Of a stretch of 64,000 nt of DNA, positions 8,258-18,124 are shown piece by piece (the first letter of the stretch is position 1; each line of letters begins with the position of its first letter). This DNA is from Bacteriovoracia bacterium. GTDB taxonomy: Bacteria; Bdellovibrionota; UBA1018; JBFWNL01. Position numbers and translations under genes: made by a program. Location: assembly GCA_050251055.1 (NCBI GenBank), contig JBFWNL010000005.1:160001-224000 (forward strand), written 5' to 3'. The notes beneath the pieces are model-generated. The model worked only from the letters and a program-made list of their open reading frames with translations. It searched no databases and was not told the origin of the DNA.

Positions 8258-8956
8258 ATGAAGAAGTTGGTTCTCTTGATTCTAGGCATGGCGCTCGCGT
8301 GTCCCGCGATCGCCGATGATTCTCAGTTCGCTATGCAAAGCCGTTATGAAAAGGCGGTCATCCGTCTGGACAAAGCAGGCATCGTGCTCGACGAATACAT
8401 GGCGGACTTCAAGTCCGCTATTCCCGACGAGCTGCTCAAGAAAGCGCAATGCGTTTTCGTCGTTCCGAGCGTCGTGAAGGTGGGTTTTATCTTCGGCGTC
8501 CGCACGGGAAAGGGCGTGGTGAGCTGTCGTACCGGCGAGGGTTGGAGTAACGTCTCCTTCACGAACATCACCGGGGGAAGCCTCGGGCTCCAGGCGGGAG
8601 TTCAAGTCAGCGACTTGGTCTTAGTGTTCACCAATCGCCAGGCCGTGGATATTCTCGTAAAGGGCAACCTGCAATTGGCGGGTGAGATGTCGGTAGCGAT
8701 CGGGCCCTTGGGGCGCGACTTTCAAGCCGGTACGGAAGGATTCAAGAGCCCTGTTTACTCGTATTCACGGGCCAAGGGACTCTACGCGGGGATCTCACTG
8801 GCCGGTGCCGTGCTGGCGCCATCGAAGAAAGACAACCGCGAAATGTACGGAGAAGGTATCACTGCGCGCGAGCTATTACTGACGTACGACGCGAACCCGC
8901 CGGCCCCGGTAGCCGAATTCCTCGGTAAGCTGGAAGCGTACTCTCCCAGCTACTAA
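8258..8956 (+). CDS. Lipid-binding SYLF/Ysc84 domain protein
   Basis: IP..LL.KAQC; K.GFIFG; GGS.GLQ.G; YSYSRAKGLYAGISL.G. Confidence 0.9.
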   Translation: MKKLVLLILGMALACPAIADDSQFAMQSRYEKAVIRLDKAGIVLDEYMADFKSAIPDELLKKAQCVFVVPSVVKVGFIFGVRTGKGVVSCRTGEGWSNVSFTNITGGSLGLQAGVQVSDLVLVFTNRQAVDILVKGNLQLAGEMSVAIGPLGRDFQAGTEGFKSPVYSYSRAKGLYAGISLAGAVLAPSKKDNREMYGEGITARELLLTYDANPPAPVAEFLGKLEAYSPSY

Positions 8957-8960
8957 GGCA

Positions 8961-9011
8961 TTGCGTCCCCCGGAGCCCCCTATCCACCTAGGGTGGCCAC
9001 GGGGGACGCAA
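8961..9011. terminator. Hairpin between convergent genes
   Basis: TTGCGTCCCCCG...CGGGGGACGCAA inverted repeat followed by ACTTTT. Confidence 0.6.
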
Positions 9012-9023
9012 ACTTTTAGGGGG

Positions 9024-9899
9024 CTAGCTCCAGCTTCGCTTAAGCTCCCGAATTAGGGTCTTGGCCTCAAGCTTCATTCCGCCACTAACTTTTCGCCAGT
9101 CTAGGTCTTCGACCGCGCCAATCAGAGCAAGGGCAAAGTTCAGATTCAAACGCTTAGGCGCGTTCTCAACTACCCGCTGGAATGCGTCTTCCCAGCCTGC
9201 GCTTCGCAGTTTTTCGATGGTGTCAATACCGATGCCACGGAGGTCTACTCCCGACATCGGCCCGAGGTTGCGGGCCGTTTCGATCGGGGTTTGGCCTGGG
9301 GGATATCTTTTTTTCCACTTCTCCGTTGCTTCCACTATCCTTCGAAGCTTCGTTCCGGCGGCTGAATCTTCTATCAGCATGGACAGCCGCTGTTTTCGGG
9401 TCTCGACGCGCTTGGCCTGATTCACCCAACGGGTCATGTATCGTTGATAACTGGAGGTCTGTTCCGAGAAAAACCGCCACGCCTTCGGGTGGGAACGGAA
9501 CTCCCGCCGTTGGGCGGGTGTAAACTGGGGAGGGGTTTCCTCAGACGAGGCCCGGTCGCGAGCCGCAAAAGCGCGTTCGCCGGCGGGTTGGGTTCGCTTT
9601 TGCCGACGCAACGCTTCGAAGCGCTTGATCGTCGGCAAGCTCCAGGTGCCTCCCAGCTTCCGCCGCATGAACTTCACTTGGTACGTGAAAGGATCGATGC
9701 TTCGAACGATGATATTTACCCAGCCAAAACAAAGCATCTCGTCGAATGCGTCGCGATAAGCTAGGGCATCGTCCCGAAAGCCCGCCTTATGGAAGCCGGC
9801 CCATAACTCCGGCTGCTTCGCGTGATTTTTCTTCAGCCAGGAGCGAAGTTCGGCTGCGGTTCGAAAAAAATGAGGACGGGGAGGCGCGGGGTTGGGCAT
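9024..9899 (-). CDS. YdeI/OmpD-associated protein fused to a TfoX-C domain
   Basis: FF....R.WL.KNH, LCFGW, AKR.ETR..R (YdeI/OmdA); NLGP...L..IGI.T...LR...L.GA (TfoX_C); start 9899 or 9935. Confidence 0.8.
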   Translation of the reverse strand: MPNPAPPRPHFFRTAAELRSWLKKNHAKQPELWAGFHKAGFRDDALAYRDAFDEMLCFGWVNIIVRSIDPFTYQVKFMRRKLGGTWSLPTIKRFEALRRQKRTQPAGERAFAARDRASSEETPPQFTPAQRREFRSHPKAWRFFSEQTSSYQRYMTRWVNQAKRVETRKQRLSMLIEDSAAGTKLRRIVEATEKWKKRYPPGQTPIETARNLGPMSGVDLRGIGIDTIEKLRSAGWEDAFQRVVENAPKRLNLNFALALIGAVEDLDWRKVSGGMKLEAKTLIRELKRSWS

Positions 9900-9992
9900 G
9901 GGGTACGGGTTCGCATACGGGAGCCATTTTCTCAATTGAAATCCAGTTACAACTCAGTGGAAGTTCAGGTGATTAAAGGCTACCTTTTAGGG

Positions 9993-10907
9993 ATGGGAAT
10001 TCGCGGGATACTGAGTTGTATAGCGGTGATGGGACTGCTCTTGGGTGGCGTGGGCTGCTCGCGCGTTTCCATCATGTACCGCTTCGCCGGCCCGTTCGTC
10101 GTTACCGCGATCGATAAGTATTTTGACTTGGATTCAACGCAAGCGGAAAAGACTCGGACGCTCGTGGATAAAGAGCTGAAAGGCCTGGTTCAGCATCAGA
10201 TACCCCACGTAAACGAATCACTGCGGGAGTATCTACGCCTCGTGAAGAATCCCGACCTGACCCGCGCGCAGTATGACGCGTTCGCCGATCGGGCTCGGGA
10301 TAAGTTCTTGGCGGCTTTACCCCAACTCGAGGGCAGCGTGAAGGAATTCACAGCTTCGCTGACGCCCCGCCAGATGGAGCATTACGGAAAGATCGCGCTC
10401 GAAAATTTACGCAAGGAAGAAGAGCGGCTTAAAAGCTCCGCGGGCCGGGAGAAACAGCTTCGGCAGCGAATCAGTTTTGGTTACGACCTCGTGGGGCTCG
10501 AGCTTAACGCGGCCCAGAAGGAGCAATTCGCGCGATTCCTGGCCGAGAGCAAGTATCCGTTCGAGCTTGAAATTCGGAATCGTGAGCGTACGATCCGAAA
10601 GTTTCTCGAGGCGGCGAAGAAACCCGATACGCGTGATGCCTTTTTACACGAAATTTTGCACCATCCCTTGAGATTTCGGGACGACGCCTATCGGAAGGCT
10701 TACGAAGAGTACCGACAAATTTCCCACTCGTTCCAACACCGGCTTATTCGCTCGTTCACCGAAGCCCAGCAGATCCGCATCGAGCGGAAGGTGCGCGACC
10801 TTATCCAGCAGCTGGAAGAGTTACGGAGGGCGGAGGGATTCGCTTGCCCGTCACCATGCGGTTCACCAATGACATCATCGCTAGCACGAATAGCATCGCG
10901 GCGGTAA
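9993..10907 (+). CDS. Helical lipoprotein (DUF6279-like)
   Basis: Lipobox GVGC-S; Y.F......IDKYFDL...Q; LT..Q repeats. Confidence 0.7.
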   Translation: MGIRGILSCIAVMGLLLGGVGCSRVSIMYRFAGPFVVTAIDKYFDLDSTQAEKTRTLVDKELKGLVQHQIPHVNESLREYLRLVKNPDLTRAQYDAFADRARDKFLAALPQLEGSVKEFTASLTPRQMEHYGKIALENLRKEEERLKSSAGREKQLRQRISFGYDLVGLELNAAQKEQFARFLAESKYPFELEIRNRERTIRKFLEAAKKPDTRDAFLHEILHHPLRFRDDAYRKAYEEYRQISHSFQHRLIRSFTEAQQIRIERKVRDLIQQLEELRRAEGFACPSPCGSPMTSSLARIASRR

Positions 10908-12072
10908 CGACGTAGCCCAGGACTTCGTAGCGTCCTAGACTGCCATCGGGACGCGGAATCACGATCATACCGGCTAGCCCCGCCGCCAATCCGCCGGAGA
11001 TTTGCTGGATCGATGCGTTGACCGCCATAAAGGCGCCCCGATCGGCCGGAGCGGGCACCGCCGTAATCAAGGCGGACGAAGAGATGATGCGGGCCGTGAT
11101 GCCGATGAATAAAAGCGCGCTGAGCAACGTCACCGCCCAGAACGGAGTCGGCCCCAACCGGGTATAAATGAGCACGATCGTGATGCTCAGTAGCGAACCG
11201 AAGAAAAACACGGGGAACTTTCCATGCCGATCGCTGGCGCGCCCGAGGAGTGGGCCGGCGATGATCGTACAGGTGCCGGTGATCATGTAAATCAACGGCA
11301 GGCGGTCGAAAGGGATGCCGAGATTGTGCACGGTAAAGGCGCTACCAAAAGGCATGAGCATGAAACCACCGGTGGCGAGCAGGGCCATCGTTAGGAAGCC
11401 GATCTGGTGACGGGGCTTCAGCACCGTCTGAATGAGGTGTCGCACGGCCTTGCGCTCGGTTTGTAGCTTGAGATGCCCGTCGATCGGACGAAGCCGGGCG
11501 ATGATCAATCCCCCGACCAGGGAACTAATGACGACAATGAGAATAAAGGGGGCATGCCAGCCCCAGAGGCTCGAGATGTAAAGCCCTAGCGGGAGTCCCA
11601 TGACCTGGCTCGCCGCGAACGCCGATTGGACCACGCCCATGACGCGCCCCCGGGTTTCCAGGGGAAATAGGTCGGTGGCGATGGCCAACACGATCGAACC
11701 GATGACGCCGCCAAAGAGTCCCGTGATCATGCGGGCGAGCACCAATAGATGATAGGTCGGGGCTAAGCCACAGAAGAGCGTGCCCAAGATGAAGCCAGCG
11801 TAAAAAAAGAGCAGCAGGCGCTTGCGGTCGAAGCGATCGGCGAAGCCAGCCGATAAAAAGCCAGAAATCCCCGCGCTAAATGCGTAGACGGAGACGACGA
11901 ACCCGAACTGAGAGGGGGTGATGTTCAGGGTGGGCATCAGGATCGCGCCCAACGGCGAGAGAATCATGAAGTCGAGGATGATCGTGAACTGTAAGAAAGC
12001 GAGAATTCCAACGACGAATTTTTCATAGGAAGTGAGTGCCGGCACGGGTGTAGTGGTGGGATGGGTCGCCAT
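10801..12072 (-). CDS. MFS transporter
   Basis: About 12 TM segments; ADRFDRK motif. Confidence 0.92.
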   Translation of the reverse strand: MATHPTTTPVPALTSYEKFVVGILAFLQFTIILDFMILSPLGAILMPTLNITPSQFGFVVSVYAFSAGISGFLSAGFADRFDRKRLLLFFYAGFILGTLFCGLAPTYHLLVLARMITGLFGGVIGSIVLAIATDLFPLETRGRVMGVVQSAFAASQVMGLPLGLYISSLWGWHAPFILIVVISSLVGGLIIARLRPIDGHLKLQTERKAVRHLIQTVLKPRHQIGFLTMALLATGGFMLMPFGSAFTVHNLGIPFDRLPLIYMITGTCTIIAGPLLGRASDRHGKFPVFFFGSLLSITIVLIYTRLGPTPFWAVTLLSALLFIGITARIISSSALITAVPAPADRGAFMAVNASIQQISGGLAAGLAGMIVIPRPDGSLGRYEVLGYVVTAAMLFVLAMMSLVNRMVTGKRIPPPSVTLPAAG

Positions 12073-12169
12073 TGGGTATTTTTAACATCACTCGGCCGGT
12101 TGGGCCATATCTGACTTGGCGCCCCACGGGGACTAGGGCTTTGTGGGAGCCCGGCGATGATCTAGAGAC

Positions 12170-12523
12170 TCAGAGCGGATTCATATCGTATCCGTACGGG
12201 CTTTCCCCCGGCGAGGTCATGCGGCGCGGGATGTAGCGGCGCGGAGCGGGGGCATCGGTGGGACGTTCTGGACGGGGGCCGCAGCGCCCGGCGCGGCTTT
12301 GATAGGCGGTGAGCGCCAGTCCAGTGCAATCGAGTAAGTCATCGAGCCGGTCCTCGTCGAAGCCGATGATTTCGTAGCATTGCTGAAGATCGGCGCGGTA
12401 CTGGCGCTGGGCCTCGAGGATGCAGTTGACGTAAGCCCGCTCTTCCGGCGTAAGCTCATCCGCGTTGGACCAAGCGCTGAACCCTAATCCGATCAAGCAC
12501 CAGATCACCCAAAATTTGCTCAT
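12170..12523 (-). CDS. Small secreted twin-Cx14C protein
   Basis: Signal peptide; GGAGGG RBS; four Cys in the mature part. Confidence 0.6.
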   Translation of the reverse strand: MSKFWVIWCLIGLGFSAWSNADELTPEERAYVNCILEAQRQYRADLQQCYEIIGFDEDRLDDLLDCTGLALTAYQSRAGRCGPRPERPTDAPAPRRYIPRRMTSPGESPYGYDMNPL

Positions 12524-12570
12524 TTTAGCCCCTCCGAAAGGAATAACCCTTCGGAGGGAACGGACTGACG

Positions 12571-12951
12571 CTAGTCGTGGCAAACGGCTTCGATATTGTG
12601 TCCGTCAGGATCCAGGACAAACGCGCCATAGTACCGGTCATGGTATTCTGCCCGTGGCCCCGGAGGCCCGTTATCGCGTCCGCCCGCGGCCAGAGCGGCC
12701 TGGTAAAACGCGTCTACCTCCGCTCGAGTGCCGGCGCGGAAGGCGACGTGAAGGGGTGGGACTTGGGGTTTTCCTTGAGCCACCCAGAAGTCCGGTTTGG
12801 GCGCCACGCCAAAGCCACCGATATCGTTCTCTCCGCCTTCGGTCATGGAGAATTCCATGATCGGGGTGTAGCCCAACGGCGCGAGCGCCTTCGTATAAAA
12901 TTCCCGGCTTTTTTTGTAGTTCGAAACATTCAATCCGGTGTGGTCGATCAA
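12571..12951 (-). CDS. VOC/glyoxalase family protein
   Basis: IDH.G; HVAF.A; GG.DNG.PG.R; YYGAFVLDPDGHNIEAV. Confidence 0.92.
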   Translation of the reverse strand: MIDHTGLNVSNYKKSREFYTKALAPLGYTPIMEFSMTEGGENDIGGFGVAPKPDFWVAQGKPQVPPLHVAFRAGTRAEVDAFYQAALAAGGRDNGPPGPRAEYHDRYYGAFVLDPDGHNIEAVCHD

Positions 12952-12962
12952 GTGAGCTCCTT

Positions 12963-12978
12963 TGGCTTGCGGTTTGCA
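12963..12978 (+). promoter_or_regulatory. sigma54 promoter (DUF4142 gene)
   Basis: TGGCTTGCGGTTTGCA upstream of AGGAGG/ATG 13009. Confidence 0.65.
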
Positions 12979-13008
12979 ATTTTATATCTCACCCAGGAGG
13001 GCTTGCCC

Positions 13009-13542
13009 ATGAAAGTTTCGGAAGCGATTTTATGCGTTTTGGCGTTTTGGTGCATCGGCGCGTCGGCCAGTTTGGCCAACGACTATGCCAGCGACAGCCT
13101 GACGGATCCCCAGATCGCGCAAGTAGTCATTCACTTGAATCGGGGAGAGATAGAAATGGCAAATTACGCCAAGAGTAAATCCACTAATCTCGCGGTTCGC
13201 GGCTTCGCCGACAAGATGATCCGGGAGCATGGCTCCGCTCGGGATAAGACTTTAGCGTTCGTGGCTAAACACGGAATGGAAAGCGAGAGCAGCACGGTCG
13301 GCGAGCAACTCAAGTCCAGTGCGGGCGCGGCGGAAGTAAAGTTAAAGCAAGCCCCGCCGGACGACTTCGACCGTGTTTACGTAGATACTCAGATTCAAGC
13401 CCACCAAGAGGCGCTAAAAACCATCGACGAGAAACTAATTCCCACCGTGAAAAGCGCGGAGCTGCGTAAGTTGTTGACGGAAATCCGCCCCAAGGTCGCC
13501 GCTCACTTGGATCACGCGAAGGACTTGAAACGCAAGCTTTAG
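13009..13542 (+). CDS. DUF4142 domain protein
   Basis: EI..A..A; V..FA..MI.EH; FDR.Y...Q..AH; P.V..HL..A. Confidence 0.9.
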   Translation: MKVSEAILCVLAFWCIGASASLANDYASDSLTDPQIAQVVIHLNRGEIEMANYAKSKSTNLAVRGFADKMIREHGSARDKTLAFVAKHGMESESSTVGEQLKSSAGAAEVKLKQAPPDDFDRVYVDTQIQAHQEALKTIDEKLIPTVKSAELRKLLTEIRPKVAAHLDHAKDLKRKL

Positions 13543-14594
13543 GCCGTACCCCGTAGAGAGGCGAGATCGATCACGAAGCGGTAGCGCACGTCACTTTTGA
13601 TCACCCGCTCATAAGCTTCGTTCACCTTTTGCATCGGGATTTTCTCGATATCGGAGACGATATTGTGCTTGCCGCAGAAATCGAGCATTTCTTGGGTTTC
13701 GCGAATTCCGCCGATCAGGGAGCCCGCGACCGAGCGGCGGCCCATCACGAGCGGGAATGCGCCGACGGGCACTTCCTTATCTGGGATACCCACGATCACG
13801 AAGGTGCCGTCGCGGCGGAGAAGCTGGAAATACTGATTCCAATCGATCGCCGCGGAAACCGTGTTGACGATGAGATCGAACTGCCCGGCCAGCTTCTCGA
13901 AAGTTTTTGCGTCCGCCGTAGCGTAAAAGTGACGGGCGCCCAGGCGCTTGGCGTCCTCGGCCTTTTTCATGGACTGACTCAGCACCGTCACCTCCGCGCC
14001 CAACGCGTTGGCGATCTTCACGCCCATGTGCCCCAGGCCGCCCAGGCCGACGATCGCGACTTTCTTGCCCGGACCCGCGCCCCAGTGTTTGAGCGGAGAA
14101 TAAAGCGTGATGCCGGCGCAGAGCAGGGGAGCCGCCCCATCGAGAGGGAGATTTGCCGGAATGCGGAGCACGTAGTTTTCGTCGACCACGATCTGGGTCG
14201 AGTACCCGCCTTGGGTGGGGGTAACGCCATCGCGCTCTTTTCCGTTGTAGGTGACGCTCATTCCGCCTTCGCAATACTGCTCCAGGCCTTCGCGGCAGCC
14301 CCGACAGTCACGGCAGGAATCCACGAAGCAGCCGACGCCGACACGATCCCCCGCCTTGAAGCGCGTGACCTTGGCGCCTACCCGCGAGACCACGCCCGCG
14401 ATTTCGTGCCCGGGCACCATGGGAAAGGTGGAGCCCCCCCATTCGTCGCGCGCCTGGTGGATGTCGGAGTGGCAGATGCCGCAGAAATGGATGTCGATCA
14501 TTACGTCGTGGGGACCGGCGTCTCGCCGCGAAAACTGAAAGGGTTTCAGAGGGCTTTTGGGGTCGAGGGCGGCGTACGCGAGGGTATTGGGCAT
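13539..14594 (-). CDS. Zn-dependent NAD(P) alcohol dehydrogenase (CAD family)
   Basis: CGICHSD, PGHEI, GLGGLG, RYRFVID. Confidence 0.95.
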   Translation of the reverse strand: MPNTLAYAALDPKSPLKPFQFSRRDAGPHDVMIDIHFCGICHSDIHQARDEWGGSTFPMVPGHEIAGVVSRVGAKVTRFKAGDRVGVGCFVDSCRDCRGCREGLEQYCEGGMSVTYNGKERDGVTPTQGGYSTQIVVDENYVLRIPANLPLDGAAPLLCAGITLYSPLKHWGAGPGKKVAIVGLGGLGHMGVKIANALGAEVTVLSQSMKKAEDAKRLGARHFYATADAKTFEKLAGQFDLIVNTVSAAIDWNQYFQLLRRDGTFVIVGIPDKEVPVGAFPLVMGRRSVAGSLIGGIRETQEMLDFCGKHNIVSDIEKIPMQKVNEAYERVIKSDVRYRFVIDLASLRGTA

Positions 14595-14711
14595 GTTTAG
14601 ATTCCTTCAGAAAAAAGGTTTGGTGAATAACGCTGGGTTTTCAACCCTATACCCCGGGGTGCCCAATTGTAAATGGATCCCAATAATTAAATCGTTAATT
14701 GCCAGATACCG

Positions 14712-15065
14712 ATGCGTAACCTGGTACGTATGAAGCAACTAAATACAGTTCTGGTGGTGTCAGAAGATTTGGAACTGAGTCGTCGTTTGGCGACTTGCCT
14801 GCTCGGGCTGGGATTTATGGTCGTAACGGCAAGCGGTCCGGGCGCCGCCGAGACGGTGGTGGGAGCTTGTACCGTAGATGCGATCATTTCAGACGTGCAT
14901 CTGCGCGGGAATCTCGGCCGCTCGCTCGTGAGGGCTTTGCATCGCCGACATTCGGGGGATCCGGCGTACTTCTTCACGAATGATTATGCGGGGGAATGCC
15001 TGAGCTGCGTGGTGATATCGGGTCACTACGATTCGCTCGTGCCGAGTTTAAAGCGGTTGGCTTGA
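14712..15065 (+). CDS. Degenerate response-regulator receiver protein
   Basis: VLVVSED, DAIISDVHL; conserved Lys/KP not seen. Confidence 0.6.
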   Translation: MRNLVRMKQLNTVLVVSEDLELSRRLATCLLGLGFMVVTASGPGAAETVVGACTVDAIISDVHLRGNLGRSLVRALHRRHSGDPAYFFTNDYAGECLSCVVISGHYDSLVPSLKRLA

Positions 15066-15117
15066 GTTAAGATAATTGAACTTCAGTTTTTGGTGAGGAG
15101 GCGTAGAGAATCGGGCT

Positions 15118-16302
15118 ATGGAGATCAATCGGAAGCCGGCAGCTACGGTATTGACGGAAGTGGTGGAGAGGCTCTCGCTCGCGTCGACCCTAACGGCAAT
15201 CACCCAGACCGTGGCCGAAGCGGCCCGCCACCTTTCCGGCGCCGATGGCGCCACCTTCGTTTTGAAAGATGGCGATCTTTGCCATTACGCGGACGAATTC
15301 GCGATATCGCCTTTGTGGAAAGGCAAACGTTTTCCCATGGAGGCGTGCATCAGTGGATGGAGCATGATTCATCGGCAGGTAGTGGTGATCCGGGATATTT
15401 ACCAGGACAACCGTATCCCGCACGATGCGTATCGTCCGACTTTCGTAAAAAGCCTGTGCATGGTCCCCATTCGCCAAGAATCGCCGCTCGGCGCGATCGG
15501 AAACTATTGGGCGCGCGAGTATTTGCCGACCGCCGAGGAAATCAAGCTGTTGCAGATTCTGGCGAATAGCTGCGCGGTGGCTCTCGAGAATTTGGAGCTT
15601 CGGCGAGCCGCGGAAACCAACCATGCCCGCGAGCTGGAAGTCGCGATGCATTCCCTGGCGCATGACCTGCGCAGCCCGCTTTTCACGATGATGGGCTGCG
15701 CGGACGTGTTGCAGATGCAGCTCGATTCCCGCCTGGATGTCAGCCAAGTGGATCTGTTTAACTCAATTCAAAAGACCGGACGCCAGGCCACCGAGCAAAT
15801 TGAAAAGATGCTCATGCTCTTTAAGGTGACGAATCGTCGCTTAGAGATGGCGCCTTTGAACCTGACTGAAATGGGGCAAGAGATTTGCGAGGACTTGAGG
15901 CGGCAGGAGCCGAAGCGTCGGGTGGAGTTTGCCATCGAAAGTGGTTTACGCGCATTTGGCGACCCTCACTTAGTCCGGGTCGCACTCGAGAACCTGCTGT
16001 CGAACGCGTTCAAGTACACTCGCAAACAGCTGACGCCAGCGATTGAGCTCGGTCGGGTGCAGGATAAGATGGTCAAACCCACTTTTTTTGTGCGGGACAA
16101 CGGAGCGGGCTTCGATCCTCAGCAAGCGGTGAAGCTCTTTCGCCCTTTGGCGAGGTTGCACAGCGATCAAGAGTTCTCCGGCACCGGGCTGGGGCTCGCG
16201 TCCGTCGCGCGGATCATTGAGCTTCATGGAGGTAAGGTCCGCGCCGAAGGGCAGAAGGCTCTCGGAGCCACCTTCTATTTCGAGCTACCGCAGGTCGGCT
16301 AG
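15118..16302 (+). CDS. GAF sensor histidine kinase
   Basis: GAF domain; AHDLRSPL; NA.KY; DNG.GF; GTGLGL. Confidence 0.93.
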   Translation: MEINRKPAATVLTEVVERLSLASTLTAITQTVAEAARHLSGADGATFVLKDGDLCHYADEFAISPLWKGKRFPMEACISGWSMIHRQVVVIRDIYQDNRIPHDAYRPTFVKSLCMVPIRQESPLGAIGNYWAREYLPTAEEIKLLQILANSCAVALENLELRRAAETNHARELEVAMHSLAHDLRSPLFTMMGCADVLQMQLDSRLDVSQVDLFNSIQKTGRQATEQIEKMLMLFKVTNRRLEMAPLNLTEMGQEICEDLRRQEPKRRVEFAIESGLRAFGDPHLVRVALENLLSNAFKYTRKQLTPAIELGRVQDKMVKPTFFVRDNGAGFDPQQAVKLFRPLARLHSDQEFSGTGLGLASVARIIELHGGKVRAEGQKALGATFYFELPQVG

Positions 16303-16393
16303 ATTAAATACTGAATAAAGTTAGGTCTTTGCCTTTCGGAAGAGTTCTGCCGACAAGGTTGTCTTTAAATGCAATGCATTATAATAACCCGCC

Positions 16394-18124
16394 ATGAAGT
16401 CCTGGCCTCTCTTCGCGCTTCTGGCGCTCTTCGTGGTTCCCGGCGCGTTCGCTCAACCGTCGGCGGAGGCTTTCGATTACCCCGCGCTCGAAAAATTGAT
16501 TCATGATCGCGATATCCGCAGCATCGATGCGCTTTTGCCGGAGCTTCCCCGCGAATACCGCAAGTTTTATACGTTCATTTTCCGCACCGAGAGTCTCCAG
16601 TCCGAGGGCGTCGATGAGATGCATCCACGCGTGGTGCTTTACGGGCCGGACGCGAAGCTGATTTTGACCTACACGCGGGGCGTGCCCGGCCATGACGAGC
16701 TGGAGATCCTTTCGTTTAACTCGGCAAAAAAAGAATTCGAGCTGCGTAGCCTCGGCTTCGATGGCGTGACTCCGCCTTTGGCCGAGCCGGTGAAGGTGAA
16801 CCCTCCCCGTTGCACGAAATGCCATCTCGATTCTCCGCGGCCGATCTTCGAGCCCTATAACTTATGGGCCGGCGTATACGGCAGCTTCAGCCGTCATGGT
16901 TGCGACTCCATCACGACGGGCACGCGCGAGCATCGGGATTACGAAAAGTTTCAAGCCACGGGGCGGGTGGGGAGGTATTCCCGCGAGATCTTGCCCGATT
17001 ATCCCGACGATCTGGATTATCGCGCGCCGATCGCGTTCGCCGATCCCCCTAAAAGTTTGCGGGAGTGCTTGCAGGATTTGGCGGGAGACGAGGTGCCGTT
17101 CATCAACGGCATCGTCACCAATCCCAACGACTTCATGACCGAAAAAATGCAACGGCTGGATTACCTGCGGATCCACCAGATATTGCGCCAAAGCGCGCGC
17201 TTCTCGGAAACCAAGTACGCTTGGGCCGCGCTTTCGCGCGGGTGCATCGCACCCGCCGAAATTGAGAAATACTTTCCAGCCGCGGCGCTGGCTCACGGAA
17301 GGAATTACCCGAGTACGCTCGAGCACGTTCGTACCGTGAGCGACGCCCAGTACCAGACGCGTCTGCAGGATTTTCATCAGTTCAACCCAAATACGGGGCA
17401 GGATTTGAATCGTATGCCTTATAACTTCGACCACTTGACCCCGGCTCCAGGCTGCTCCCCGCCGGACGTGGCCGAGCGTTTGCGCCGTGCCGGTCGGCCG
17501 ATCGAAGAGATGGATTCCACGCCACTGATTGCCGCGAGCGCTTTTTTAGCCGATCGCATGGGCATCGGCATGGACGGGTGGGCGATGAGCAATCGATCGG
17601 GTACTTACGCGTTCAATGACGGAGGTAACGGGTTCGAGGCTTTCTTCAGTGACTTCCCGAATCCGCAGTGCTCGAAACGTTACACTTGCGCCGAGCTGAA
17701 ACAGAAGAGCTTGGCGGCGATCGCGGCGAATCCCGCGTTTGTCGATCCGTCCGGGGACGCGGGCGGCCCCGATGGTCCGACCCTGGAGCCAGGCGCGGGT
17801 GCCCAGATCCTGGAAAAGCGCTGCGCGAGTTGCCACGAGGCCTCCGATCCCCAGGTGCCGACTTTCTTTCCCTTCTACACGGGAGAGGCTTCCCAGTTGA
17901 CCGCAATGATGCTCGGGCCGAAGGGGCGGTATTGGATCGACCGCATCCGCGTGCGCATCAGCGGGGAGGGGGGCGAGCGACCGATGCCTCCGCGCGGTAA
18001 GCTACTGACGGAAACGGAGCGAACCGCAGTGTTGGAGTATCTCGAGGACCTGCGGGGAGAAAACCGTCCCCGCACCCGGGGCCCGAAAAACCCTCGCGAT
18101 CCCCAAGACCCCTGCGTTTGGTGA
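16394..18124 (+). CDS. Secreted c-type cytochrome with two CXXCH motifs
   Basis: Signal peptide; CTKCH and CASCH; distal MPP. Confidence 0.75.
   Translation: MKSWPLFALLALFVVPGAFAQPSAEAFDYPALEKLIHDRDIRSIDALLPELPREYRKFYTFIFRTESLQSEGVDEMHPRVVLYGPDAKLILTYTRGVPGHDELEILSFNSAKKEFELRSLGFDGVTPPLAEPVKVNPPRCTKCHLDSPRPIFEPYNLWAGVYGSFSRHGCDSITTGTREHRDYEKFQATGRVGRYSREILPDYPDDLDYRAPIAFADPPKSLRECLQDLAGDEVPFINGIVTNPNDFMTEKMQRLDYLRIHQILRQSARFSETKYAWAALSRGCIAPAEIEKYFPAAALAHGRNYPSTLEHVRTVSDAQYQTRLQDFHQFNPNTGQDLNRMPYNFDHLTPAPGCSPPDVAERLRRAGRPIEEMDSTPLIAASAFLADRMGIGMDGWAMSNRSGTYAFNDGGNGFEAFFSDFPNPQCSKRYTCAELKQKSLAAIAANPAFVDPSGDAGGPDGPTLEPGAGAQILEKRCASCHEASDPQVPTFFPFYTGEASQLTAMMLGPKGRYWIDRIRVRISGEGGERPMPPRGKLLTETERTAVLEYLEDLRGENRPRTRGPKNPRDPQDPCVW

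Noticed and set aside
8990-9030. GGGACGCAAA resembling a c-di-GMP-I riboswitch core
   Set aside because: Lacks the upstream GCAAAC/GNRA stem, lies between convergent 3' ends, and is explained by the terminator hairpin
12577-13008. Long N-terminal extension of the DUF4142 ORF
   Set aside because: Overlaps the VOC gene on the opposite strand; RBS, promoter and signal peptide support ATG 13009
13629-14600. 323-aa ORF antisense to the alcohol dehydrogenase
   Set aside because: Shadow ORF from GC-rich codon bias
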